Assembly: GCA_001599295.1 (NCBI GenBank)
Contig: BCGN01000003.1
Coordinates: forward strand, 682,001-746,000
Direction of reading: 5' to 3'
Source of the DNA: Sporopachydermia quercuum
Lineage: Eukaryota
Length of the DNA: 64,000 bases
The notes below the pieces were generated by a model, which saw only the letters and a list, made by a program, of their open reading frames with translations, searched no databases and was not told where the DNA came from. Positions 1 through 11,335 of this stretch are shown here, one piece after another (position 1 is the stretch's first letter; every line of letters starts with the position of its first letter). The translations under genes and the position numbers were made by a program.

Positions 1-411
1 TAGCTTGAGTGATTGATAGATAAGAGAAAGTAATAAATATAACGCATGGGAGAGAAACAGAAAAACTAATGACAAAGCACTTTGTATCAGTGAAAGATAT
101 GAAAAAATACAATAAATGAATAGAATGCGCACTGACGTCTTTCACAGAATAAATCCAATTGCAAGAGTGGTGCTTTTTGATGTTGTCAGTAAACACCAAT
201 GACGATCAAACTAATTGGCAAAATGAAATATGATTAACATGTCTTACCTCATAAATTTTTTTTTGTCTCCTTGTNTTATATTATAAGTGAGAATCACCGG
301 ATGATACATAATTGACAGTCTAATTGGACAGGTGATATCCTTTTGATATTGATCCCTGTTCAATTTTCATCAGTTGACTGTTCACAGCTGATTGATATAG
401 TTGTTCATCTA

Positions 412-458
412 TGAAAAAGAACTGAAAAACAACTGAAAAAGAACTGAAAAAGAGCTGA
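412..458. repeat. Imperfect 11-bp tandem repeat (AACTGAAAAAG/C, about 4 copies)
   Basis: Read directly: tgaaaaaga actgaaaaac aactgaaaaa gaactgaaaa agagctga. Confidence 0.8.
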
Positions 459-857
459 TATTTGTGTATAGTAAGTAACTGTAATGACAATTTAATAAAT
501 AATAATTAATAGATAATAACCAATAAGCAATCCTACTGTGCAGTTCATTCATTGCCCTAGTCATTTGGCTGAATCCTTGATACCTTCCAACATATAATCT
601 GTCCCANTATCCACGTTAATCGTTTACTTACCATAATTCTCACGCTCATAACTCACATTCTATAGCACTATTATATCAGAACACATTGACTTTCAATACT
701 GAAGCTTCCTTCTTAGTAATCTACCATTGTCAAATTTCTTCATATGATACAACTTGACAACATATCATTATGGCATAACAACAACATACTAATACATTTT
801 TTTCTTTCATACTAATCCCTACATACATAATACTAACATCTACAAAATACATTTCAT

Positions 858-3800
858 TCATCGTTTTGGTCCACTATTTTCCTCATTAGCTGTTGTTGGA
901 ACAGAAGTATTACTTGACTTCGATCCATTCCCAGATTCATCCTTCGATGTTGTTTCCGCTTCCTTACTGTTAGTTCTTGTCTCTGGTTCTGTCGTTAAGC
1001 TATTTTCACCATTCTTGCCCGTGGTAGAAGGAACAGTACCGCCATTTTCTTCATTATTTGTACTGGTTGATTTTGGTTCATTTGTTCCAGCGCTTCCACT
1101 AAAATCTCCTGTGGCAGACACTGCAGATGGAGTAGCAGTAGGCGTATTCGAAACANTAGAACCAGTAGTACCAGTTGGTGATTNGTCAGCAGTAGAATCT
1201 GCCTTTGGTGCTTTTGGCTCCTCAAGCTCGTCCGGTTCGTCCTCCATGTCATAATCTTCGTCTTCTTCAACATCTCTATTGGGTTTTTCGATCGGCCTGT
1301 TCACTACTTTCTCTTCTTTCGGTGACGAGATGTTGGAAACAAGTTCTTCTGTTGGTTTGGAGATAGGCTCAAGTAAAGGTTTGGATTCGGGTTCCGTCAC
1401 TGAAAGTAGAGAAGTCGTAGTCGAAGGTGTTAACATGGATGCTGCAGTAGATGTTGAGGGAGCCAGTGGTACGGGGGCCGGGGCAGGCACTGGAGTCTGG
1501 CTTGGGCCGGAAACTGGTGAGACAATTGGCGGGTGGGCACCAACAGTAGTCACAGCCGGTACCGAAGTTGCAGGAGGTGTTGGTAATGTTGTGGAAGGTG
1601 TTGGGGCTGAAGTTCCTGCTATTAGTACTGGTGCTGGTTGAGGTTGGGGTTGGGATACAGGACTGGGTTCAACTGAAGAGTGGGATTGAGTTTGGGCCTG
1701 AACTNGTACAACTGCTGGTGCCAGCACAGGTGCTGGTGCTGAAGTTGCTGGCGTAGAAGCAGGAGCTTCTGCAAAAGGTAAAGAGTGTAATACTGGATTA
1801 GTAGCCGGCACTGGTAAGGCAGACGTTGTTACCACAGCTGACAAAGGAAGCGGGACCGATGCTGGTGCTTTTGGTGGTGATGCTGTTTCAATATTAGGTG
1901 ATAAAACAGCTGGAANTGAAGGCGTATTTGAACCCGAAACTGCACCAGGCTGCTGTTTAGGTGATAAAACACCATCACCATGTTTAGCACTGTGAACATC
2001 ATCGTTGCTCTTCTGACCACGCTTTTTCTTCTTACTTTCTTCTGGTTTGCCAGCATTAGCACCAGCTAACCTATCAGTTGTGCTTGCGCTNGGAGTATCA
2101 CCAGATGTTCTTGGTCTGGATCTTTTAGTTGGTTTCCGTTTGCCATTTGTGGTAGTTCCTGTGTTGGAACTACCATTTGTTCCTTGCACTGGGGTTCCCT
2201 TCCTCGAATGAAAAACAGGTTTCTTTGGTTGATGTCTTTTATTTGAATCAGGTGCTGAAGAAACAGGTGCATAGAACTCTTCGTTTGGCGATGATGCCTG
2301 ATCTCTTTCCCTCTTAAAAGGAATCGAACTTAATACCGATGGTGCATTCAGATATCCATGTTCTGGCTTTAATTCACCCGGAGCTCCTGCAGCTCCAATA
2401 GCAGTTAAATTTGCTACTGCAGGTCCTGATGGGGTAATGCCTGTACCGCCTAGAGCGTTCATCACTGGTCTATTATAATCAGAGCTTAAATTGGGGGCAG
2501 CAGCTGAAGCACGAATGCCAGTAGCAGCAGTTGCAGTATTATTTGATGCCCCAGCAATACCTCCCATTCCAAGCATTTGCAAACGTTGTTGTTCTTGTTG
2601 CTGCTGCTGAATCATCTGTTGCTGTTGGATTGCAGCGGAAATTGGATCAGTTTGACCCGTCTGCGAAGGAAGAGCTCTTGGGGGTTGATTAACATTGGGA
2701 TTATAATTAGGGTTATTTCCTTGCAATTCATTCTTTTCTCGGATCAGCTGTAACTGTTCAAGTCTCTCTTTTATATGAGGATTTGAAGGATCTAATCTCA
2801 AAGCTTGAGAGTAAGCATCAAATGCATCATCTAATTGGTTGTTGCAGGTTTCATAAAGAGTACCTAAATCGTACCAAACTTCAGAGATATAAGGATTAAG
2901 TCTTATAGCACGGGAATAGGCATCTAGGGCATCATGGTACTGATTTATCTGGTAGTAGAGAACACCAATGGAACACCAAAAAGTAGGGTTTCGAGCATCT
3001 CTATTTACTGCCTGTTGAAATGCATCATAAGCCTTAGAATAGTTCTGTTGAGACATATAACATAAACCGAGATAATACCATGTTTGAGCATCTGAAGGAT
3101 CAACGTCTAAGGATTTGGTGAGGTAAGAAATAGCTAGATCTTGATCGGCTAACGAAGTTCCTCTTAAAGAATGTAGGCAGCCTAATTGCTCAAGCACTTT
3201 AGCATAGGTAGGATTAAGTGCTAAAACATGCTCATATGACTCTTTTGCTAGTTGATACTCCTTTTGCTGTTCATAAATATAACCTATTTGATACCATACG
3301 TCTGCTTCAGTTAGGGGAACAGGTGGATTTTTCAAGATATACTTGAAGCATTGTAAACTTGAATCTAGATTACCTTGATGCTTATAAATGATACCAAGAC
3401 GGAAATAGATTTCATTTGCCTTCTCAAATGTTGGATCCATTTCTAAAACCCGTGAAAATGCCTCCACTGCATATTCATTAGATCCATAACGATCGTACAG
3501 GATACCTATACCATGCCAAAGTCTTGGGACATTGGGATTCTTCAAATGATATAATGCTTGTTGATAAGCAGTATAAGCTCTTTGTAGGTCATCCATCATA
3601 AGGAAGCAATGACCCAAAAGGCCCCAAGTTTCACCAGAATCTTGAGAAATGGATAGAATCGATTGGTAGAATTCAGCGGCTTTAGCATACATCTCATGAC
3701 TTCTATACAAATTAGCAATAGCCGATAAAACAGGAATAGAGTATGGATTGTATCTTAAAGCATTCTCAAATGCGTGAACAGCCTTGTCTAAATCTCCCAA

Positions 3801-4226
3801 TAATTCTGCTAAAGAGCCAATCGATAACCATGTTTCAAAATTAGTTGCTTGAAGATTTTGATAGGACTGCGATAATTCAATCATTGACGATTGAGCATAT
3901 TCCTGTTGTGAACCTGGCTGTTGGCTTCGGTTTTGATTCTGAACTTGTCCTTGACCCTGTTCTTGGCCTTGACCTTGACCTTGACCTTGGTTTTGATTTT
4001 GACCTGGTCCTTGCGGATTTTGTTGTGTCTGTTGGATATGTTGAGGCCCTGTTGACTGTCCGAGGGCAAGGGCTAGTTGTACATTGGATTGTCCACTTAC
4101 TAGTTGTGGTGGAATATTACCTTGTGTTTGTCCACCTGCGACTCCACTTTGTGGTTGAACCAATAAATGGTTCACGCCCCCAACCATGGCATGCTGCATT
4201 CCAGTGGGCTGAGCCAAATTCATCAT
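858..4226 (-). CDS. CYC8: General transcriptional corepressor Cyc8/Ssn6 (TPR protein)
   Basis: About 10 tandem TPRs with Ssn6-typical sequence (ETWLSIGSLAE, LWHGIGILYDRYGS, NEIYFRLGIIYK, NPTFWCSIGVLYYQINQY, EVWYDLGTLYETCNNQ). Q-rich N-terminus and low-complexity C-terminus with the Ssn6-like R.VEEDEDYD motif. Confidence 0.95.
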   Translation of the reverse strand: MMNLAQPTGMQHAMVGGVNHLLVQPQSGVAGGQTQGNIPPQLVSGQSNVQLALALGQSTGPQHIQQTQQNPQGPGQNQNQGQGQGQGQEQGQGQVQNQNRSQQPGSQQEYAQSSMIELSQSYQNLQATNFETWLSIGSLAELLGDLDKAVHAFENALRYNPYSIPVLSAIANLYRSHEMYAKAAEFYQSILSISQDSGETWGLLGHCFLMMDDLQRAYTAYQQALYHLKNPNVPRLWHGIGILYDRYGSNEYAVEAFSRVLEMDPTFEKANEIYFRLGIIYKHQGNLDSSLQCFKYILKNPPVPLTEADVWYQIGYIYEQQKEYQLAKESYEHVLALNPTYAKVLEQLGCLHSLRGTSLADQDLAISYLTKSLDVDPSDAQTWYYLGLCYMSQQNYSKAYDAFQQAVNRDARNPTFWCSIGVLYYQINQYHDALDAYSRAIRLNPYISEVWYDLGTLYETCNNQLDDAFDAYSQALRLDPSNPHIKERLEQLQLIREKNELQGNNPNYNPNVNQPPRALPSQTGQTDPISAAIQQQQMIQQQQQEQQRLQMLGMGGIAGASNNTATAATGIRASAAAPNLSSDYNRPVMNALGGTGITPSGPAVANLTAIGAAGAPGELKPEHGYLNAPSVLSSIPFKRERDQASSPNEEFYAPVSSAPDSNKRHQPKKPVFHSRKGTPVQGTNGSSNTGTTTNGKRKPTKRSRPRTSGDTXSASTTDRLAGANAGKPEESKKKKRGQKSNDDVHSAKHGDGVLSPKQQPGAVSGSNTPSXPAVLSPNIETASPPKAPASVPLPLSAVVTTSALPVPATNPVLHSLPFAEAPASTPATSAPAPVLAPAVVXVQAQTQSHSSVEPSPVSQPQPQPAPVLIAGTSAPTPSTTLPTPPATSVPAVTTVGAHPPIVSPVSGPSQTPVPAPAPVPLAPSTSTAASMLTPSTTTSLLSVTEPESKPLLEPISKPTEELVSNISSPKEEKVVNRPIEKPNRDVEEDEDYDMEDEPDELEEPKAPKADSTADXSPTGTTGSXVSNTPTATPSAVSATGDFSGSAGTNEPKSTSTNNEENGGTVPSTTGKNGENSLTTEPETRTNSKEAETTSKDESGNGSKSSNTSVPTTANEENSGPKR

Positions 4227-7200
4227 TGATTTATTGTCTCCAAATACCTTTATCTTTTCGAAATGTATTCCTTCTTTTGTATTTAGTTCTTATGGATTAT
4301 CGCTACAATACTCAATCACCATCACACAACTTTTCAATAAAACGTATATTTTCCTCTTGGTAACCGATCTCTCAAAAGTACAAGTAAAGAAACAAAACGA
4401 CTTGATTAACAGAGGAAATCGATAATATGTGACGGAAAATGAATCAGGGAAATATACAGTTATCAACAATTAATTAAATCAAATCCGTTATTTTCTTCGT
4501 AAGGGTAAACTTGAGTTGATGGATGTCTCCTATCATTCAACTTACAAACAAAACAAACCAGGGAATCTGAACGTGTTAATAATACACTATAAGATTTCTT
4601 GGTTCATCATCCAAAAAAGGTCTGAAATGAAACTTGTTAATAAGTGATTTCCATTAAATAATTGGATAAAACACTTTTAGTCTTGGTTTCTGTTTACTAT
4701 CTTTATCATCTTTGTCTCAATCTATACCAAAATAGCATACCGTTGAACACGACTATGGGTGCAATGAACAGCTAAGCTAAGTGTGCAGATGAATAAATGA
4801 GCCATTCGGTGGAAGAATATTGTTTCCTTGAAAATATGGGGGTGATATTGAAGATTGTGTGTTATTCTTATTTCAATTGGGCTGAATATGAGAACTTTAT
4901 TTGGGTTTACCGTTTAAGCTGGAAAAAGAAATGTTAGAGAAATGTACGTAGTGTGGGGATCTGTACTGAATATAATGAGATGAGTAGTGAAGATAGAATG
5001 TGTGTGAATGGTTGGTTATTCAGATATATGGATGTATGAGTGAATGAATGAAAAGTATATGAATATTCAATGTGCACGTTAAGACAAAGATGTCGTAGAA
5101 AGCTAAATACGGTTGAGGAGTAGTTAATAGCAAGTAGAGCATTCGGCAGATTAAGTGGAAGGCAGTGTGCCGTAGTCAGTAGACATTTGGAAAAAGACAA
5201 CAGGAAGGACAACTCAATGGAAGTGTTACAAAGATAATTCAAAGGAGCCGAGTAGAGAAGAGTTTCTCCTTAAGGAATTAGATAATGATTTGATGATAGC
5301 GTTAGATCACTAATAGGAGTGAAATTTCTATTCGATTACTTTCTCACTTACGAGTATACAGATTGGAATAAGTGAAATGCAACTGAATTTAGTTATCTCT
5401 CATCCATTGACTTCAAACGTTGATTCAAAACAGGGTAAGAGGAATTATTCTTAATTGTTTGGTCCAGAAGAAGAGTTGAATTTCATGCAGTTTTACGGTA
5501 TGGAAGATAGTTCTTCTCGTATAAAAAGATATTTTAATTACTGTACTTAGACTTGATGAGTATCTCAAACCGACCAATGATTAAAGAAGGAAAAGTGAAA
5601 CCTGTATCAAATGTGTTGGTGTAGAGATAATTATAATTATTAGTGAAATGAGAAGGGTTTCGTCTTGAGCCGAGCTGGGAAAAGAAGTTGAATACCGAAG
5701 CTGAGATTCGTTTGAAGTTGATAGAAATAGAAGAAAAACCGTCGAAAGTAGGGATAATTGGTACAATTTTTGATGATAGTAATATGTATGGCTGGAAACA
5801 CTGACATAACAATAATGCTATTAAATCTATTTGAGTGACGATCCTTATAATTATATATTACTGTCAGTTCAACTATTTTCATGATAACTCATATCATTAT
5901 TATCTTAGTTGAGCTTTTCTGTAGAACAGCAATAGTATGATTCAATGCGAAAGGGAAGTGCAACTGGATCTTTGATAAGAATTTCTCAAGGAGCTTAACA
6001 CACTGCGGATGGATAGTGTGAACAATAGAGGAGAGTATGATATAATTGAGATAAATTGTTGATAGTATGTAATAGTATATATATTTAGTGTGAAGAATGG
6101 TGTTTTCAACGGTGCTGAAAATCATATTTACAATCGATTTCAATGGTGATTGATGCCCAAAATCGCTTTTTGACATGCAGGGAGATCTGTTCAATGACGT
6201 ACATTATCAGAATAAATTGAAATAACAAGACAGNATTCTTCGAAATATTCCCTCAATTGAGTAATTGCCGGATTGAANCATTAATCCTAGTTTGCTGGTA
6301 TCATTTGCTAATGAATACAATCAATGAGTAGAGCTATCAACCGAATCTCCTCGGTGAACGGCTGATCCATAAGTAATTTGAATGTAGATAGACTTAGATA
6401 GACTTTCGTTGTTGGGAAACAACAATAGTGGAAAAATTACATTACAATAACATTTTCTTCTCGACTTTTTAGTTCCTGGCTACCAGGAAACCTTACCTCA
6501 ATCCTTACGAGAGACATGGTTTACTTATTGAATGTGAGATTTATTATAACGTGTCCTTGAGATAGATCTTTATATCTATTCCTTTAACGATTGATTAATT
6601 GATGTATTCACGTTATGAGTATAAATAACCTATAGAATGAAATTTCTTTAAACTTTCTAATGACATCCTGATATAGGGATTGCCCCTATGTAGCTTCAGC
6701 CTNTCCGACAGGTCACTACCAGGGCTCGAGGGCTCGAAGCATTTTCATAACATAAACGGTTGTGCATTTTCCTTCTGACATATTATAAATATCGTTTTTT
6801 TGTATAAGATCTAACTTTTTTGCGATTAAAAGGATAAGTTCAACCAATTTTCGATAGAACCAATCAATGTACACGGTCACCTTAAATCAAATGACTCAGC
6901 TTTTNGCTATGCTATTTCTGGTTTGGGAAATGCCACGCAAGGCGAGGCAACTATGTTTCAATTGAACTAAATCAAAATAGCTATATTGTGGGTCCAAAAG
7001 CTCCAATCAAATTCTTAGAATGATAGTCCTTAAATTAGAGGCTTTAATGTCTTGTTCATAGTAGTGTTAAATTATTGGGAAGAGAGTATTAGATCACCGT
7101 CTTCCATACGACAGCTGAGGTTGATGTGAAATCAACTCTACATCATTTGAAGGATACTCTAAATCTATCCAAAAAAAAAAAAAAACGAAAAATCATAGGT

Positions 7201-7693
7201 TGTTTCTTAATTCATGCAACTAACTCTTTTGGCGATTACGAGCTTATTTCCTTTTCATAACGGTTTCTTCTAAGAGGTAAAAATTCCGATTGAATTCATA
7301 GACATATGTTGTGGTCACATGACATGTAGTTCATTTCACTCCGTAATTTACCTTTAATTCTTCTCTCAATTGAAGCGCGAAGTTCAGTTGTTACGGAAAT
7401 ACAAACTTGTGCTAGTTGATATTGTAGTTGTAGATGTGGTTCTGGCAATACCTGTCGCCATTGTCAATTGAAATCTAAAGTACTAGAAACGCATCACAGA
7501 ATGTCAACTGTCTCTTGATAGAGCTAATAACTGATTATGCAAGCATTCCTGTGTCCGTCAAATTATCGGACAGTCCCATACATACAACTGAAATATCTTA
7601 CGTATTCCCCGTGTAGTGTACATAATTACAATTACACAATTCTCATTCCTTCTTCTTTGTTCTTTGCTTGTGGGGTTGGACCAAGATTGTTTA

Positions 7694-7737
7694 CAGTAAA
7701 GATAATAGTAAAGATAATAGTAGAGATAATAGTATAA
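7694..7737. repeat. 12-bp tandem repeat (AGTAAAGATAAT-like, about 3.5 copies) upstream of the 14-3-3 gene
   Basis: cagtaaagataatagtaaagataatagtagagataatagtataa read directly. Confidence 0.7.
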
Positions 7738-7941
7738 TAAATCTGTCGAAGAACATCTGGTTTGATTTTAGGTGTACGAGAAGATAACATAATTGAACTT
7801 TGCAATTGTGCGATCAAAAGAAAAAGCAGTAGGTTGTATCATATTTTTTGTGATTGATTTGTAGGATCGCGTGTTGTTGGGTCTAAGTAAGGAAACAAGG
7901 TGAATTGATATAAGAATCAGATCTTATTATACAAAATCGCC

Positions 7942-8718
7942 ATGTCTACTAGTCGTGAAGATTTAGTGTATTTGGCCAAATTGGCTGAACAAGCTGAAAG
8001 ATATGAAGAAATGGCTGAAAATATGAAGAAGGTGGCATCCGGTGGTACAGAATTGTCTGTTGAAGAACGAAATCTTCTATCAGTGGCTTACAAGAATGTA
8101 ATTGGAGCTAGAAGAGCTTCTTGGAGAATCGTCACATCAATTGAGCAGAAAGAAGAGCAAACCGCTGATGGGTCAAATGTTTCATTGATTAAGGAATACA
8201 GGAGTAAGATTGAGGCTGAATTAGCCAAGATCTGTGAAGACATCCTTGATGTTTTGGCCAAAGATCTTATTCCGTCATCTAAAAGCGGTGAATCCAAGGT
8301 TTTTTATTATAAGATGAAGGGTGATTACCATCGATATTTAGCGGAATTTTCTTCTGGTGACAAGAAGAAAGAAGCTGCCGAGGCCTCTTTAGAAGGTTAC
8401 AAGAATGCCTCCGATATTGCAAATACAGAATTGCCTCCAACACATCCTATCCGATTAGGCCTAGCTTTAAACTTTTCAGTCTTTTATTATGAGATTCTAA
8501 ATTCACCAGAAAAGGCATGTCATTTGGCCAAACAAGCCTTTGATGATGCAATTGCTGAATTAGACACTCTTAGTGAAGAAAGCTATAAAGATTCCACTTT
8601 GATTATGCAATTACTTAGAGACAATTTGACTTTGTGGACTTCTGATATGTCTGAATCTGTTCAAGAGCCTGAAGAAGATGCTGAAGAGCCGAAAGAAACA
8701 AATGATTCTGCTGAGTAG
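7942..8718 (+). CDS. BMH1: 14-3-3 protein
   Basis: Signature motifs [57 protein letters not shown] and [21 protein letters not shown]1 versus BMH2 cannot be distinguished. Confidence 0.98.
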   Translation: MSTSREDLVYLAKLAEQAERYEEMAENMKKVASGGTELSVEERNLLSVAYKNVIGARRASWRIVTSIEQKEEQTADGSNVSLIKEYRSKIEAELAKICEDILDVLAKDLIPSSKSGESKVFYYKMKGDYHRYLAEFSSGDKKKEAAEASLEGYKNASDIANTELPPTHPIRLGLALNFSVFYYEILNSPEKACHLAKQAFDDAIAELDTLSEESYKDSTLIMQLLRDNLTLWTSDMSESVQEPEEDAEEPKETNDSAE

Positions 8719-9450
8719 ACCGGCTTCCACTTAATATTCCTGGGGTTTTTCTTATGTGTTTCTCTTATGTGTAATTAATATTGGTTTGCTATCTATTCAC
8801 CTATAACGTTTACTTATTATATCGTGAGCTTAGNTTAGGCCTAAACGTCTTAATGCCATTAATATTTTATTTAATATGTTCTCATACGTCTTTATTAGCT
8901 TAGCTTAAATTATACCATATACATGAAGTTGACTTGTTGTCGCTTGTTTTTTTGATGATCATCACAAGGTCGCGTCTCTATACCCAACTTCAGACCCTCA
9001 GGCCAGTGATAAGAGGTATTTTTAATAAAATTGTTGATAATCAAACAATCTGTCTCTTTAAATCAGAATGTTGATGTGTCTTATTTCCAATCTTAAAGCG
9101 ATAGATAATACTCTGTATATTTGAATATCAGAAGAGTTTGAATTTTATTCAGAATTCCATTTTGCATAGTTTTACTCCTGTTCCTCATATAAAATTCAAA
9201 TTAGTATACGTAGAATTTATCCAGACCCTTATTATATATGCGTTGCGGTACTCTATCTGTTATCAGACTCTCTATTTTCAATATTATCATAACATTATCA
9301 ATGATAGATGAACCATTAATACGAGGCATAAAAAGCTTCTAAGAGCTATNTTAGTTGATAAACCTTGGTCTCTTATCTGCTAATCAGGTAGTTGGACTGA
9401 ATTGTCTCCTAATTAAATTTTTCTATTAGCCTCCTAAATACATAGTAAAT

Positions 9451-10216
9451 ATGGATACGTTCAGAGGCTCAGATTTGACATTGGCCTTCAAAGGGGTCAA
9501 CCTGTTTGTTGGAGGAGTAGCGGTATGTCTGGATAAATCACTTAGAATGTAATTATGATATTTGGATTGCTAACAAAATTACTTCAAAGGTTCTTTGTGG
9601 ATTATCCCAGTTGTTTATTGGTCTGTATGTAAGACGTTTGATAGGTTGATGTTGTTCCTAGAGATGTATGTGGTTGATATAAATCAGACAAATTACTAAT
9701 TAGAAATTAGAAAGGCTGTATGTTCGAGATAAGTACTTTTACAAAAGCCAATTAGAATCCAATTTTTTACTTCAAAATTCTTTGAGATTCAATCTATATT
9801 CCAAATGGTCAGGGCATGGAAACTAACAGTAGGACCAGTTCATTCTTGGCGCTTATGCCATCGGATTTGGGGGATTGATAGTCTTTCTTGAATTTCAACG
9901 ACCTCCAGAAGCAGCAAGGTATTTCACATTTCTCTACTCATTCATTGGGAGAGGGATCAGTATGTCAAATTTGAGGATTGTTACACGATGTTCTATCAAA
10001 GGAAAGTCTAGTCAGCTTCGAGCTTTTCTAACTCATATTATAGCCTATTTTCTCATTGGAACTATAGTGTCAAGTGATAGTGCTCTACGGATTCTTCCAG
10101 GGTTTCTGATTGCAATATTCGGATTATTTTACATCGCTTTGGAATTCGTCCCCTCTATCGAATTGCCGGATAGTATGCGATTAGATCCACCGGCAGATTT
10201 TGACGAAGTATTTTAG
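9451..10216 (+). CDS. TVP15: Golgi membrane protein Tvp15 (COPI-associated family), 5 exons: 9451-9522, 9590-9624, 9711-9717, 9839-9959, 10044-10216; 135 aa
   Basis: Hand-spliced using GTATGT donors at 9523, 9625, 9718 and 9960 and CTAAY branch points. Product MDTFRGSDLTLAFKGVNLFVGGVAVLCGLSQLFIGLKAFILGAYAIGFGGLIVFLEFQRPPEAARYFTFLYSFIGRGITYFLIG...LEFVPSIELPDSMR fits the Tvp15 pattern. Confidence 0.85.
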
Positions 10217-10522
10217 AAGAAAGAAGGAAGACAATGGCTGTATTTTCGTTATGACCATGTTCATAACTTGAAGATTCATTCATGAAACATCTTTATTTAT
10301 CGAAATGCCAAAAAATAAAAAGGAAAGCGGAACGACCACTTTCTTGTTTTATTCAATTTTCTTCTCCCTCTGTACTTTATCATTGTCAACTTGAAANCTT
10401 AGTAAAAACAATTCAGTTAACATTAAATGGTTGATCTATTGCAATACCTTTATTCGACAAGTGCAATTTATCAATAACAATACTTTAACTTTGAATATAT
10501 AATACACAAATTCTGTGATACT

Positions 10523-10882
10523 TTATGGCTCCTCTAAAGCTCTTTCTAAGATTTCGTTGTCATGCTGTTTCCTGTAGCTTTTCTGGAACTGCATTATTCT
10601 ATGTACAGTCATTCCTGCCTCCGGCTTCTGCTTCTCCTTTTCCTCTTGCTCATCCTATGAATCAAAATTCAGGCATCCAATTACCAAATCCTCATGATCA
10701 TCTACAAGCCTAGATATAGCAGATCCAACAATATTATTCACTCCATGGAACAGCTTATCTCTACCTTCCATCACCATTCATACTCCTCTCCAGAACCTTC
10801 CCCAGATTTGAACCTAACAACCTCCAGCTCGGCCTTCGTCGGCTCAATGGAAATATTTTCCCCGTTAAGCCGAAAATGTGCA
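10523..10882 (-). pseudogene. Disrupted coding-like segment (one frameshift, one in-frame TAG), identity uncertain
   Basis: Minus strand reads AHFRLNGENISIEPTKAELEVVRFKSGEGSGEEYE, then after a frame change MVMEGRDKLFHG...CLNFDS*DEQEEKEK...HDNEILERALEEP*. It is more GC-rich and purine-skewed than its flanks. Confidence 0.25.
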
Positions 10883-11335
10883 AGTTAAAAATGTTTCTCT
10901 TACCCAATTAGGAAACTAAAGCGTAATGATAAGGAAGGAAATGGAGAGGAAGAATTAAGTGTATATACATATATATAAATGGATGGAATGGTTATTGCTG
11001 ATAGTTGTGTTGTTTGATGGATGAGCTGACAGTAGTGAATCGATAGCTTTAATTTGCAAGGAATTTATATAAGAAAATAATAAAGCGAGACCCAGACATA
11101 GGGAAGTATATACTTTCACGTGGGTTGTTGTATTGAGATTTATAGTCCAGTAAACGGATGAACTGTATGATTGAAGGCATATCAGAGGATTAAAAGGGAA
11201 ATAGATAGAGAGGTACTTTCTTCTAGGTGGGTAACGATTAGAATTAAGTGAAAGTTTTGGAGAATAGCTGAAGTATTAGATCAATAGGAAGGATTTGTTT
11301 TGAAAGATTTCTACTTTCGAATATTCGATAGCACG

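Noticed and set aside
995..4425. Short ORFs overlapping CYC8, and similar ones overlapping DPP3, THP3, gephyrin, SUN, IOC3, VTS1 and SMC3
   Set aside because: Antisense or alternate-frame shadows of real genes, mostly over low-complexity coding sequence.
4934..7817. 60-102 aa ORFs in the CYC8-BMH divergent region
   Set aside because: Mostly non-ATG starts, composition typical of AT-rich non-coding DNA, no motifs.
10811..10823. AACCTAACAACCT as a telomerase RNA template
   Set aside because: The telomere repeat of this species is unknown, a short terminally redundant motif is expected by chance, and no other telomerase RNA elements were recognised.
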